Below, piece by piece: positions 1 through 11,136 of a stretch of 64,000 nucleotides of DNA; within the stretch, counting starts at the first letter, position 1; every line of letters begins with the position of its first letter. This DNA is from an uncultured Planctomycetaceae bacterium (GTDB lineage Bacteria; Planctomycetota; Planctomycetia; Planctomycetales; Planctomycetaceae). The position numbers and the translations under genes were made by a program. The notes beneath the pieces are model-generated. The model saw only the letters and a list, made by a program, of their open reading frames with translations. It was not told where the DNA came from and searched no databases. Location of the stretch: assembly GCA_963813715.1 (NCBI GenBank), contig CAWFAK010000007.1:1-64000 (forward strand). Direction: 5' to 3'.

Positions 1-276
1 TGGGACGAACCGAACGAGGAGACGCAAAAGCAGATCTTCGGCCGGACCGGTTTGACGGGAGCAGCGCTGCTCGACTACTGCCTATGGCATCAAGGGCTTT
101 CCGCGTCGGAGAAGAAAGAGTGGGAAGCATTTCTTCCGACGATCAAAGACAATCAACCTGCGAGTCGACTGAAGGCTTTCCATTTTTCCAACGAGCCCAC
201 TGATCGCAAAGGCTATCAAGCCGTAGCGTCCGACGTAGCTCCGATTCTTACGGACGTTTTCTATCCGCAGAAGTGA
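1..276 (+). CDS. hypothetical protein, 5'-truncated at the window edge
   Basis: Frame open from base 1 (WDEPNEETQK...) to TGA at 274-276; no motif recognised. Confidence 0.5.
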   Translation, partial: WDEPNEETQKQIFGRTGLTGAALLDYCLWHQGLSASEKKEWEAFLPTIKDNQPASRLKAFHFSNEPTDRKGYQAVASDVAPILTDVFYPQK

Positions 277-343
277 AATGCGATCGAATTGGAATGGAAT
301 TGAGGCGGCGCCAAAAACGCCGACTCCGACTCGTCCCCAGCCG

Positions 344-642
344 CTAAAAGATCCCCAGCTGGTCTCGCGCTCGTCCGTCATGCGGTCGGGCGACCAGGGC
401 GGGCTCATCACCAGCTTGATTTCGGCCTCGGAGACGTCGGCCAGTTTTTCCAGGGCCATTTTGGCCTGCTGGATGATCTGCGGGCCGGCGGGGCAAGCCG
501 GGCTGGTGAGGGTCATGTTCACCGTGACTTTGTTGTCGACCTGCTCGACGTCGTAGATGAGCCCCAGGTCGACAATGTTGATCATCAGCTCGGGGTCGAC
601 AACATCCCGCAAGGCGTCCAGCAAGGCGGCGTCATCGGCCAT
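344..642 (-). CDS. metal-sulfur cluster assembly factor (DUF59/SufT-like)
   Basis: DPEL..NIVDLGLIY, MTLTSPACP and PPWSP motifs; a 1-nt frameshift near 370 restores the C-terminus ARDQLGIF*. Confidence 0.85.
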
Positions 643-1067
643 CGTTTTGTCCTTTTCAATTTAGCCCAAAACAGTCGCATCACAATCGTACGCCGCGGGC
701 CAGGACGGGGTCAAACCGCGGGTAGCGATGCCGTTTGGCCGAATTGTTTGGGCAAACAGAAAACCCAGCTTTTGGCGAACTGGCACGCGAGCTAGCGGCC
801 GGCTGATTCAGCCACGATTCGCTAGTTCATCCACGATCCCTAAGAGCCACCACAACAGGCCCGATAGGCCGATAATAGACGCGGCCACCACTCAACCAGT
901 CCATTCCGGATAGCGGGCTTTAGGCGTGAGGATTCGGCGCATCGAGTTTTCGCCGCCTGTGGCTTACCAATAGTTCGGACGGCGGGGGAAATGTCAGCAT
1001 GCCACCATTCTAGCGGCGGATTCGGCGCAAGCAAAAACCCGTGGTATTTCAGGCGGGTTCCCGTCGA

Positions 1068-3189
1068 CTATTGCGCCTCCGAATCTTCCAATCGCACCAA
1101 GAGCCAGTCCTCGACCTTGTCCGGGCCGAAGTGTACCAGCGCGGGGGCTTCGTTCTGCGTGAGGTTGTACAGGCCCGTTTCGACGACGATGTTCTCCTTG
1201 TCGCCGATTCGCATGGCCACGCGTTGCGTCTCCTTGTCGACGCGCCCCTGCACCGTTTCGGCTTCGTTGGTCTGCGTGTTGAAAAGCGTCCCGCTGACCA
1301 CTCCATCCTTGTCGACGGCCAGCTGCATCACGCGCGACGGGTCGGTTTCCTTCTCGTTGGACGAGACGGCAAACGTCCCCAGCGCCATCCACTCCACGTC
1401 CTCGGCCGCTTCCGGGGTCGGTGGTGGCGGGACGGTCGCCAGGTCGGCCGCGCTCATCGCGAATTCGGCCGCGCTCGCCACCTGTTGCCCGCCGACGTAG
1501 ACGTTGTTGTTCTGGTAGACCACGTTCCCACCGGTCCCGTAGTCGTAATAAACCGGCTGAGCCCAGACGACGCCCGGCCGCGTCCAGGTGAACCACGTCG
1601 ACAGCCCGGCCCACGTCGGCACGCCCCACCAGTAGCTCGGCGGGTAGCGGAAGCGGCTGTAGTGGTAATGCCAGCCGCCCAGCGCGTGGTAGTGCAGGTT
1701 CCACCAACTGGTGTTGAACCAGCCGCGATAACCGGGATGGGCCCAGTGGGTCCGCACGTGGTTGCCCCAACCGCGCCAGTAGTTGTAGCGGTTCGGGTAA
1801 CGATCGCCCCAGCGATAGCAGTTGTCGAGACCGCCGCGCCAGCGGTTGTTGATGTTGTTGATTTGCGTGACGTTGAGATTAGCCCACTGCGGACGCCGAT
1901 TGATGTCCTTGTTGCCGCCGTTCGGGCGGTTGTACCAGGGGCGATCGGCATAGTCGGGACGCTGGCCCGGACGATCGGGACGATTCGGCTTTTCGCCTTC
2001 GCCCGGACGACCCGGTCGGTCGGGCCGCTCGCCTGGGCGACCCGGGCGATCATCTTCACCGGGACGATTCGGCCGATCAGGACGCTCCGGTCGATCGCCG
2101 TCTCCGGGACGGCCCGGGCGGTCACCTGGACGGCCGGGGCGGTCGCCCTCGTCCGGACGTCCTGGTCGATCGGGCCGAGTACCGGGGCGACCCGGCCGAT
2201 CACCTTCGTCAGGACGGTCGGGTCGTTCGCCTCCCGGTCGACCCGGACGGTCAGGACGCTGCGGACGATCTTCGTCGCCGGGCGCGGTCGATCGGTGCCC
2301 GGGCGACCGGGTCGACCGCCGTCGCCAGGACGCGTCGGACGATCGATCGAGGGACGATCGGTGCCAGGTTTGCCCGGACGGACGTCGGGCTGCACGGGAC
2401 GAGGAATGCCGATGAAGTCGCCAACGTCGCCCGGAGTGGGACGACCGCCACCCGGTCGACCGGCTCCCGGCTTGCTTCCGCCCGGCCGGTTATCGCCGGG
2501 TTGATTCCCTCCCGGCCGATTACCGCCAGGAGAATTTCCGCCACCGCCTGTACCCCCACCCGGACGACCGCCACCGGTGCCGGGCAATTGCGGCCTGCCG
2601 GTGCTGGGACGATCGCCCGTGCCCGGACGGTTGCCGCCGGGCCGTGTTGTGTCGCCCGGTCCACCCGTTGATGGCGAACCCGGACGAGTTGTCGGACGGC
2701 CGCCACCCCCCAGGTTCGGCACGCTGATTGAGGGCGCGCCGCCCGGCCGTGGCGAAGCGTTGCCGCCGCCGGCTCCCGGGCGCGTTCCGACATTGGGATT
2801 GTTTTGTTGAGGCGGATTGCCGCCGCCTGGATGCGAGGGACGCATGCCTCCGCTGGGACGATCGGGCCGGTTGGCCCCGCCATTCGCCCCACCGGCCGGC
2901 TTGCCGGGATTCGCCTGTGGGCCGCCACCGCCTTGCGGACGAGTTGCAGGCTTGCCGCCGCCGCCCAAGTTGGGCGCGCTCGTTTGCGGTTTGGCGGCCG
3001 GGCGTGCCGCGGGCCGATTGCCGCCGGCTCCGCCGCCTCCACCGCCCCACCGCGTGCCGCACCACCTCCGCGATTGCCCCCCGCCCCGCCCTTGCCCGGA
3101 CCATTGCCCTGGCCGGGAGCGGCGGGACCAAGTGCCAGTTCGACAGCCACGATCGCGACGAGCGCGATCAGGCGTTTGCCTGTGATCAT
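1068..3189 (-). CDS. secreted Gly/Pro/Arg-rich low-complexity protein with Trp/Tyr-rich region and planctomycete protocadherin-like C-terminal domain (frameshifted)
   Basis: Signal-peptide-like MITGKRLIALVAIVAV; ATG overlaps the upstream stop; long xRP repeats; C-terminal PVYYDYG...WMALGTFAV...ETGLYNLTQ; at least 2 frameshifts. Confidence 0.7.
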
Positions 3190-4232
3190 GGCCGCTTCTC
3201 CTGCTCTTCGGTCGGTGCGGCGGACGGCGTGACCGGGGTCGTAGCAGGCTTCTCGTCCGGCACTCGCACGACCGTGAGCGGATCGCTCGCCGGTTGCGGC
3301 TCGCCGTCGATTTCCTTGGCGATCAATTCGACGCTGGTCGTGTTGTCGTCGACGCGCGTAATCACTTGGGTGCCCGACGCGCTGCGGCCGTCGCCGAGCG
3401 TTTGCGTGCCTTTCCGCGTCCAAGTGTTGCCGTCCTTGGTCCACGTGGCCTCGCCAAACGCGCCGTCGGATAAAAATGTCCACGAACGGAGCTGCTTGGT
3501 GTGCGGGTCCCAGCCGATGATCTCGGTTCCCTGATCGGGCTCGCTGTCCTGACCGGTCTTGATCGTGAACGAGCGGACGAGAAACGCGCGTCGCGGCGAC
3601 CAGCGGACCACCGTATCAACGCGGGCGTCTTTCGATTTGTCGACCCAATGCCCGACCATCCATTCCAGATCGGCCAGGGCCGCCGTCTCGGGTTGCGGCG
3701 GCGGGAGGTCGCTTTCCTGAATGCTGTCGATCATCCAGCGGCCGTCCTGCTGCACAAAGATGGCCGAGAACGCCGTGCGATTCGACGCGGTCTCGGTTGA
3801 ATTCGGCGATTCGACGGCTTCACCCTCCGCCGAGACGACGTCCGGGCGAATGAATCGCACGCTCTTGAGAGTGCCGGAGAGCTGCGCGTGCGGCTTCTCC
3901 TTGAAGGTGGCCGCGAAGTCCTTCTCCAGCGCGGCCCGCCCCGCGACGCGCTCACCCGTGCTGCGATCGACGTAGACGCCCTCGGGCATCCAGAGCGCGG
4001 CGACCGCCTCGGCATCGTGCTTGTTGAAGGCTTCGAGATAACCACGCAGCGCCTGCCAGATCGGCGCGGCTTCGGGACCGAGGTCGGTCGACGTCGCCGT
4101 TGTCGCACCGGACCGACTGGTCTCGGTCGAACTCGTGTCGGCCGGACTCGGCTTTGTCGTCTGAACTTCCTGGGCGACCAGGCCGACGGCCGCCAGCACG
4201 ATGCAGCCACACAGGCACAAGGATTTCGTCAT
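3186..4232 (-). CDS. SgcJ/EcaC-family (DUF4440, NTF2-like) secreted protein
   Basis: YLEAFNKHDAEAVAALW, GRAALEKDFA and LEWMVGHW motifs; signal peptide; GAGG before the ATG. Confidence 0.75.
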   Translation of the reverse strand: MTKSLCLCGCIVLAAVGLVAQEVQTTKPSPADTSSTETSRSGATTATSTDLGPEAAPIWQALRGYLEAFNKHDAEAVAALWMPEGVYVDRSTGERVAGRAALEKDFAATFKEKPHAQLSGTLKSVRFIRPDVVSAEGEAVESPNSTETASNRTAFSAIFVQQDGRWMIDSIQESDLPPPQPETAALADLEWMVGHWVDKSKDARVDTVVRWSPRRAFLVRSFTIKTGQDSEPDQGTEIIGWDPHTKQLRSWTFLSDGAFGEATWTKDGNTWTRKGTQTLGDGRSASGTQVITRVDDNTTSVELIAKEIDGEPQPASDPLTVVRVPDEKPATTPVTPSAAPTEEQEKRP

Positions 4233-4502
4233 GCCACGCACCTCGGAAACGAAATTGGGAAGATCGATTGGCGAGCGAGACTACACCCGCGGCAAAGCGG
4301 CACCGCCGGACTAATTTGGCGACGGGCAGTTCGGTAACGACGGGCTCTCAGGAACCAACGTTGGGTCAGGCCCGAAGATCAGCAGCGCCCGCAAAGAAGA
4401 ATCCCCGCGCCCAGCGGCGGAAGGCGGCCCTGCCTCGCAATCCTGGAATCGACAGCATCAGACTATCCCCTAACCGCCATGCCGACAAGTGGCCACCGAG
4501 GC

Positions 4503-4621
4503 GAGAATGACGAAGCACGAATGACGAAAGAATGAACAAATGATCGAAGCACAAATTCTGGCGTTTACCTTCGTGCTTCAGGCATTCGTGCTTCCTTCGT
4601 CATTCGGAAATTCGTGCTTTG
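4503..4621. repeat. imperfect palindrome built of GAATGAC/GAAGCAC units
   Basis: gaatgacgaagcacgaatgacgaaagaatga...ttcgtgcttccttcgtcattc; same family at ~51128 and ~53199. Confidence 0.8.
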
Positions 4622-4664
4622 CAAAGCACGCGCAGCACTGCCCGCACATTGCACGACTATGCGC

Positions 4665-5393
4665 TCACCACTTGCCCGCGTGAGAGCCGCCGTCGACGTG
4701 TAAGATCTCCCCCGTCACCGTGGCGGCTTCAGACAGGTAGACGATGGCATCGACGACTTCGCTAACGCTCACGAGCCGCCCCATTGGGGAGAGGCCCTTC
4801 AGCACGTCCTTGTTGTCGCTCTCGTGCATCGGCGTATCGACGACGCCCGGCGCGACGGCGTTCACGCGAATTCCCTGCTTGGCGTATTCGATGGCCAGGC
4901 AGCGAGTGACCGACTCGAGACCGCCTTTGGTGATCATCGGCACCGTCGAGGGGATGCCGGCAATCGGATGTTGGGCCATGGTCGTCGTGACGTTGATGAT
5001 GCTTCCGCCCGAATTCTGCGCCAGCATCTGCTGAACCGCTCGTTGCGTCACGTAGAGGAAGCCGGCAACGTTCGTGGCGATGAGCGACTCGAAATCGGCC
5101 TTCGTGTATTCGACGAACGGCTTGCTGAAGAAGATGCCCGCGTTATTCAACAGCACATCGATCGTGCCGAAACGAGCGACGGCGGTCTCGGCGATTTTGG
5201 CGGCCGTCGCTGGATCGCCGATGTCCCCGTCAATGAGGACCAAGTTGTCCGACGCCGAAAACGCGCCCGACTTCGTAATGTTCCGCGAATTGGCCACGAC
5301 CCGATAGCCGCGCTCCAAGAACGCGTTCACCGCGCCGGCGCCGATCCCTTGCGAAGCTCCCGTCACGATGGCCGTTCGTAGTTTGGCTGCCAT
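4665..5393 (-). CDS. SDR family NAD(P)-dependent oxidoreductase
   Basis: TGASQGIG, NNAG, IRVNAVAPG and VDGG motifs. Confidence 0.92.
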   Translation of the reverse strand: MAAKLRTAIVTGASQGIGAGAVNAFLERGYRVVANSRNITKSGAFSASDNLVLIDGDIGDPATAAKIAETAVARFGTIDVLLNNAGIFFSKPFVEYTKADFESLIATNVAGFLYVTQRAVQQMLAQNSGGSIINVTTTMAQHPIAGIPSTVPMITKGGLESVTRCLAIEYAKQGIRVNAVAPGVVDTPMHESDNKDVLKGLSPMGRLVSVSEVVDAIVYLSEAATVTGEILHVDGGSHAGKW

Positions 5394-5615
5394 GGTTCCG
5401 CTCCTAGTGGTGTTGCTCGATGTGGTCCGAATGCCAACGCGCCGGGCCTAAGGCGTATTGTGCCATATGGGCGACATGCCCGTCCCGCTCGCGGCACGCC
5501 GCCGCGCTTCTTGGCGATAAGCGCGCGTCGCTCGGCAGCCCGTTTGGCTGCAGCACCGCGGTCACTGTGGCTACAATCTCGGGCTCACCAAGCAAGGAAT
5601 TCAGGATGAAGCAAC

Positions 5616-7283
5616 ATGAGTGAACCGCTGCGGTTTGTTCCCGCCGAGAGCCTGGTCAGCGGCTGGGATTTCAGCACGGGCAGCGTCAAGTGCCTGGCCT
5701 TCGGCCTCGATGGCAAGCCCGTCGCCGAGGTGCGGCTTCCCACGGATCTATCAAACGGCGATCCGCCGAACCCCGCCGTCAGCGAGCTCAACTTGATGCA
5801 GCTCGAAGGGCAGGCGCGGGCCAGCGTGCGCGCGGTGGCCGCCGAACTCAAGGCGGCGGGACGACTCAACGACTGGATTGCCGGCGGCATCTCGGCGACG
5901 CATCACACGGCCGCCCGCATCGACCGAAACCACAACCAGGTCCGCCGGGCCATCTGTTGGAACGATCAAACGCTGGCGACGTTTCGCGCGCGGGGCGAAC
6001 GCCGCGTCGGCGGACCGAAACACGTCCGCGAACTCATCGGCGGTCCCTGGGCCGACCGCTACACCCTGAGCCACCTGGTCAAGGATGAAGATCCCGACTA
6101 CTTCCCCGCCGAGGGCTGGCAGCGGACGTATCGCATCCTGCCGCACGGGCCGCTGGCGGCCGGTTACCTCACTGGGCACTTCGACGTGATCAGCATTTCG
6201 TCCGCCGCGTCGACCGGAATCATGGATCTGCGAAATTGCGTCTGGTGTCCGGGCATGCTCAGCGCGCTGGCTTCGGAGGAGCACCGCCGGCTGGCCCTCT
6301 CGCAACTGCCGCGGATCGTCGATCACCTGGAGCCGATCGGCCCACTGTCCGAGAATTTGGCGCACGAAGCTGGCCTCGATCTCGCGCATCGACCGCTGCT
6401 CTTCCCGACCTCTGACGATCAGCAGGCGGGACTTGTCGGTGGAGGAGCCGTCGATGCTGGACAGATGGCCGTCATTCTCGGCAACTCGGCCGTCGTCAAT
6501 TCGTCGTCCGACGCGCTGCCCGGCTCGGACCGCGCGGCGGGCGGCGGCCTCGACCTGATGCGGCTCAACTGGGGCCCTTATTTGTGGATGCGCTGCTACA
6601 ACAACGGCGCACAATTCCTCGATTCGGTCGTCGGCCCGCGGCCCGACTGGAAGGCGCTCGAGGATCGCGGGCGACGCGTGAAGCCCGGGTGTGACGGCAC
6701 GTCGGTCATGCCCTTCGCCCGCTCCGAGCCGTCGCTCAAGCTGACGTCGGCCCCCGGCCTGCAGTGGTCGCCCAAGCCGCCCGCCGATCGCGGCGCGCGG
6801 TTCCGCGCGTCGCTCGAGGCTCTGGCATTCCTGATCGCCCGCGGCGTGGAAGAGCACGAGCGCTCCGGCCAACGGATTTCGCGAATCACCGTTTCGGGCG
6901 GCATCGCGCGAAGCGATCTGATGTGCGAGATCCTCGCCTCGGTGCTTGATCGTTCTTTGGAACGCCTCGAATCCGACGAAGGACCCGCATTGGGCGCGGC
7001 CGTGACGGCGCTCGCGGCGATCGAAACCCAGCTGCGACGCCGCCACCAGGTCGACACGCCCTACACCGTGGCCGACGCGGTGGCCCAACTCGTCCGCTTT
7101 CGCGCCCCCGTCCAACCCAACGCCGCCTGGATCGAACCGTATCGTCGCTTGCGAATCGAATTCGACAAGCGGCTGGCCCGATTGCAGGGCGGTTCGACGC
7201 GGATAGTCGCAACGAGTAAGCGAAGGGCCGTGCGACGACTAAACGGCGCGAAACGCGCAAAGGCAGCCAAACGTCGGCGTTAG
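5616..7283 (+). CDS. FGGY-family carbohydrate kinase (xylulokinase-like)
   Basis: GWDFSTGSVK, AICWND, DQQAG, SGGIARS and GPALGAA motifs. Confidence 0.85.
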   Translation: MSEPLRFVPAESLVSGWDFSTGSVKCLAFGLDGKPVAEVRLPTDLSNGDPPNPAVSELNLMQLEGQARASVRAVAAELKAAGRLNDWIAGGISATHHTAARIDRNHNQVRRAICWNDQTLATFRARGERRVGGPKHVRELIGGPWADRYTLSHLVKDEDPDYFPAEGWQRTYRILPHGPLAAGYLTGHFDVISISSAASTGIMDLRNCVWCPGMLSALASEEHRRLALSQLPRIVDHLEPIGPLSENLAHEAGLDLAHRPLLFPTSDDQQAGLVGGGAVDAGQMAVILGNSAVVNSSSDALPGSDRAAGGGLDLMRLNWGPYLWMRCYNNGAQFLDSVVGPRPDWKALEDRGRRVKPGCDGTSVMPFARSEPSLKLTSAPGLQWSPKPPADRGARFRASLEALAFLIARGVEEHERSGQRISRITVSGGIARSDLMCEILASVLDRSLERLESDEGPALGAAVTALAAIETQLRRRHQVDTPYTVADAVAQLVRFRAPVQPNAAWIEPYRRLRIEFDKRLARLQGGSTRIVATSKRRAVRRLNGAKRAKAAKRRR

Positions 7284-7475
7284 TCCACGTCTCGGCGAAT
7301 CTGGCCACCCGTGCTCCAGGGCCGGTTTGAGCCTCCGTCCAGGACCTTAGAACCTCGCACCCTTCGGGGGCTAAGCCCTCCTCGTCGCGACCCACCCGAG
7401 GCACGCAAGGGATCATGCAAATTTCCGAAATGCTTGTCGCAAAACCGAGCTGAACTCCGTCTGTTTCTAGAGAGC

Positions 7476-8042
7476 GTGAGCGGTTCCAGTAGCCTGAGCG
7501 ACGAAAACGTGCTTTCCGATTCGGAACTCGTGGATCTTGTGCGGCGCGGCGATTTGGAGTCGTTTAGCGCCCTCTGTCGGCGCTACGAGCGAAGTGTCTT
7601 AGCGGTCGCGTTGGCCGGACTGCGCGACATCCACGCTGCCGAAGACGTCGTCCAAATGACGCTTTTGGCCGGCTTTCAACGATTGTCGACTTTGACCAAC
7701 CCTTCGAAGTTCGGGCCTTGGATTCTGCAAATCGCGCGTCGCCAGATCATTGAGTCGGTTCGAAAGCGGCAAATGGCGGTCGCGGTTCCGGGAGACGATG
7801 CGATCGAGCTGGCGACGGATGATCCGCCGGTGCCGGATTGGATCGACACGGAACACCTGCTCAATCTGATCGATCGGCTGCCGACACGCGAACGAGTTTT
7901 GATTGGCCTGCGCTTCTTCGACGGTCACAGTCTGGCCGACATCGCCGAAATTACAACCCGCCCGCTGGGGACGGTGAGCAAACAACTGTCGCGCGCGACG
8001 ACGCGGCTGCGCGCCTGGTTGGAAAAGGAAGACAAGCAATGA
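7476..8042 (+). CDS. ECF RNA polymerase sigma-70 factor
   Basis: AEDVVQ, FGPWILQIARR and region-4 HTH (SLADIAE...LGTVSKQLSRA); start codon uncertain. Confidence 0.9.
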   Translation: MSGSSSLSDENVLSDSELVDLVRRGDLESFSALCRRYERSVLAVALAGLRDIHAAEDVVQMTLLAGFQRLSTLTNPSKFGPWILQIARRQIIESVRKRQMAVAVPGDDAIELATDDPPVPDWIDTEHLLNLIDRLPTRERVLIGLRFFDGHSLADIAEITTRPLGTVSKQLSRATTRLRAWLEKEDKQ

Positions 8043-9740
8043 GCCCGAGGAACGTACTTGACGAACGTCTGGAACAGCTCGGCTCGGCGCTGCGGGAGCG
8101 CCCGTCGGTCACCGACCACGTCATGCACCAGCTCCATCAATCGCTGGCCGATGGTTCCCTCGTGAAGCCGACAGAGTTCGTCGGCACGGCCAAAGTGCGT
8201 CGCCGTTGGCCATTCGTGATCACGACGGTTGCGGCCGTTGCCGCGCTGGCCGCGCTTGCGCTCTTCATGGTTCCGGCACGTTCGGTCGGATGGGAAGAGA
8301 TCAATCGGGCGATTAAGTCTCAAAAGTGGATTCGCGCTTCGGTGAGCTATGCGGAGGGAGGGCGAGGGACGATCTGGCTCTCCCCCGAACACGGGATTTG
8401 GGCCTACAAGAATGACGATCGGATTGAGTTCGACGACGGTCTCCACAAAGTCGCCTACGATTACAAAACGGGCGCCAAGCAAATCACGAAGCGACGGCTC
8501 AGCGACGAAGATCAGCAACGCGTCTTCCCCGTCGACTTCGGTTCGAAGGACGTGCTCCTGAGCGGATGGCTGTTCGGCGAGAAAGTCGTCGAGCAACATC
8601 GACAGGAAGTGACGGAGGGGGGACACAAATGGATCGAGTTCCAGCTCGTCTTTTGGCGCCCTGTGGGGAATGGCGGCACGTTGCGAGTTGACCCCAAGAC
8701 GAATCTTCCCGCGTCGTTGGTCGTCGCCACTCCCGACGGCAAAACTTCCGTGAAATGGACGTTCGACTATCCGTCGAGTGGACCTGGCGACGTCTATGCA
8801 TTGGGAGCACCGGCAACGGCGACCATCGAGGATCGCACACCGTCGAACGAGGGTGCCCGCGCGCTCGACGGGATGGCCGCCAGCCGCGCGGATCGGCGAT
8901 TTTCGCCTCGACGCGGCGACGTTCTCGCATTCGGCCCAGTTACGCATGATTCCGGCCACGAACTTGTATCGCGTCTGGCGTCGAGGAAGTCGGTGGCGCA
9001 TCGACCTCTATCTGCCCCACCAAATCGACGTCCCGCTTGCCGAACCAACCACTGGGGAGAGTTTCGGCGAGTGGTTCGAGAAGCAATTAGCGACGTGCGA
9101 TCGGATTCCCAGGTTTATCTGCGACGGCGGAACGGTCTACGAGCAAACCCCGTCCTGGACTGGCGGGAAGCCGACGCCGAGTGGCTGGCACGTTTCCCGG
9201 CACGTCGCGCCCGGCGATTTGTTGGCCGCCACGGGTGCCAGCGGTTTTCCGCGCGACCCGGATCTGCTCGGCAAAGTGTATCCCGATCGGTTCGGCACTC
9301 CGGGCTTTCAATATGAGTTCGATCCCCACCCGTCGGGCACACCGGGCTGCGTGTTGTGGAAGCTGTCGGCGCGTCTGGCGACAGCCCAGCCCTTGGTCGG
9401 GCACGAATGGTACTACCTCTCGCCTGAAAAAGGCGATGCCGTCGTGCGAGTCGAGTCGTTTAGTAACCCGCCCGACGCGCCCCCCGACCCGGAGTCGACC
9501 CCATTTCGCTCGACGCGCGTGATGGACGACTTCCGGCAATCGTCGAGCGGATTCTGGTATCCCACCCGGATCCGCGAGACAGACTCAAACGCGGACCCGA
9601 ATGCGCGACGCAAGCCGGCGGAGAAACCGGTCACGACGACCCGAGTGATTCGCTATCACATGGATTTCAACGCGGCGCTGCCCGATTCGCTCTTCGAGAT
9701 TGACGATGCTCGAAATCCCAAAACCGAGCCGAACGAATAA
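8039..9740 (+). CDS. single-TM putative anti-sigma factor / hypothetical protein (frameshift ~8885)
   Basis: ATGA overlap with the ECF gene; TM segment WPFVITTVAAVAALAALALF; two ORF halves join by one indel. Confidence 0.65.
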
Positions 9741-9756
9741 TGCATCGCGGGCAGGC

Positions 9757-10980
9757 TTATACGTTCTCCAACCCCTGGAACTTGCCCACGCGTTTGAGCT
9801 CTTTGAGGAGCAGCGACGCGTTGCCGAAGCGGTCGTCGCGGTTCTTTTCCAGCATCTTCAGCACGATCCCCTCGAAGAGCGGCGGGATCGAGAGTTGGTA
9901 CTTGGTCGGCTTGGTCGGTTTCTCCCCCTGGATTTTGCGGATCGTGTCGGCGGCATTTTTGCCTTCGGCCGGCGCGTGCCCCGTGAGCACCCGATAGCAG
10001 GTCGCTCCCAGGTTGTAGATGTCGCTGCGACTGTCGATCTCGTCGGATCCCAGCGTCTGCTCGGGAGACATGTAAGGCAGCTCGCCCACCATCTCGCCGG
10101 AACGCGTGATCGATTGCACCATCGGCCCTTCCATGGCCTTCGCGAGCATCAGGTCGGCCAGCTTGGCGACTTTGTCCTTCGAGCGGATCAGGATGTTGCT
10201 CGGCGTGATGTTGCGGTGCACGAACTTGTGCTGCTCGGCCACTTCCAGGGCTTCCGTGATGTCGACGGCGGCCCGGAAGACCGTCTCCCACTCGAGCATG
10301 CCGCCGATGCCCAATCGCTTGATCACGTCGGCCAGGCTCTCACCCTCGACCAGCTCCATCGCCATCCAGCAGTAGCCGTCGGTGACGCCGGCGCCGTACA
10401 GGCGGACGATATTCTCGTGCTGCACGGGGAGCATCGTTTTGATCGCGCGGATAAAACGGTCGAGCTCGCGCGAGTCTTGCGTCAGCTCGGGCCAGAGGAC
10501 TTTGAGTGCGACGGGGCGTTCGTTCTTGGTGTCGACGGCGCGAAAGACGGCCCCCGAGCGACCGCTATCGATCTGCGAACCGATCGTATAGCGGACCAGC
10601 GTCGTGCCGACCAACTTGCTCAGCGGATTGTCGCGTTGCCCGTCGGGCCTGGGAGTTTTGGCTGCTCCGGGCGGCAGCGTTTCGGTGCCCGAGCCGAAGC
10701 GAATTTGCGTTTCGCCCAGCTCGAAGACATCGCCCGCCTTGAGCTTTTGCTGATCCTTGACCGGGTTGCCGTTGAGCCGCGTCCCCCAGGTGCTGCCGGC
10801 ATCGGCGAGGATCACGCCGTCGTCGGAGACCTGGAGCTTGCAGTGCACGCGCGAGGCCCGCGGGTCGGCCAGTTGCACGTCGCAGTCGTCGCCGCGTCCC
10901 AGGAGGAACGTTTTTCCCGGCGGAAGCTCGACCGTCCGCCCCTTTTCCGGCCCGTTACAAATCACCAGCTGGAAAGCCAT
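9757..10980 (-). CDS. FHA domain + Ser/Thr kinase-like protein (probable pseudokinase)
   Basis: FHA motifs GR...SRVH...STWGT.LNG; kinase VALK and YMSPEQ, but HRN and DLM replace HRD and DFG. Confidence 0.85.
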   Translation of the reverse strand: MAFQLVICNGPEKGRTVELPPGKTFLLGRGDDCDVQLADPRASRVHCKLQVSDDGVILADAGSTWGTRLNGNPVKDQQKLKAGDVFELGETQIRFGSGTETLPPGAAKTPRPDGQRDNPLSKLVGTTLVRYTIGSQIDSGRSGAVFRAVDTKNERPVALKVLWPELTQDSRELDRFIRAIKTMLPVQHENIVRLYGAGVTDGYCWMAMELVEGESLADVIKRLGIGGMLEWETVFRAAVDITEALEVAEQHKFVHRNITPSNILIRSKDKVAKLADLMLAKAMEGPMVQSITRSGEMVGELPYMSPEQTLGSDEIDSRSDIYNLGATCYRVLTGHAPAEGKNAADTIRKIQGEKPTKPTKYQLSIPPLFEGIVLKMLEKNRDDRFGNASLLLKELKRVGKFQGLENV

Positions 10981-11136
10981 GCCCGCCTCGTCTGCCTGTA
11001 TCGGCCTGATCGGACCCCTGCGAAGTGCCACAGGCCAGAATAGTCCGGCCGTCAACGGGCATCAAGCAGTTAACCGGCGGCTCATGGCGGCTGCCGGCGA
11101 CTGCGATCAACTGGTTGCCAATCAGCCGGATAGCGA

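Noticed and set aside
4364..4390. GGTCAGG-N10-AGCAGC resembling the SRP (4.5S) RNA domain IV
   Set aside because: Spacing fits, but the apical stem (CCC/ATC) cannot pair and no long flanking helix was found.
4503..4621. CRISPR array in the GAATGAC/GAAGCAC repeats
   Set aside because: Units are 7-8 nt and tandem, with no unique spacers and no cas genes.
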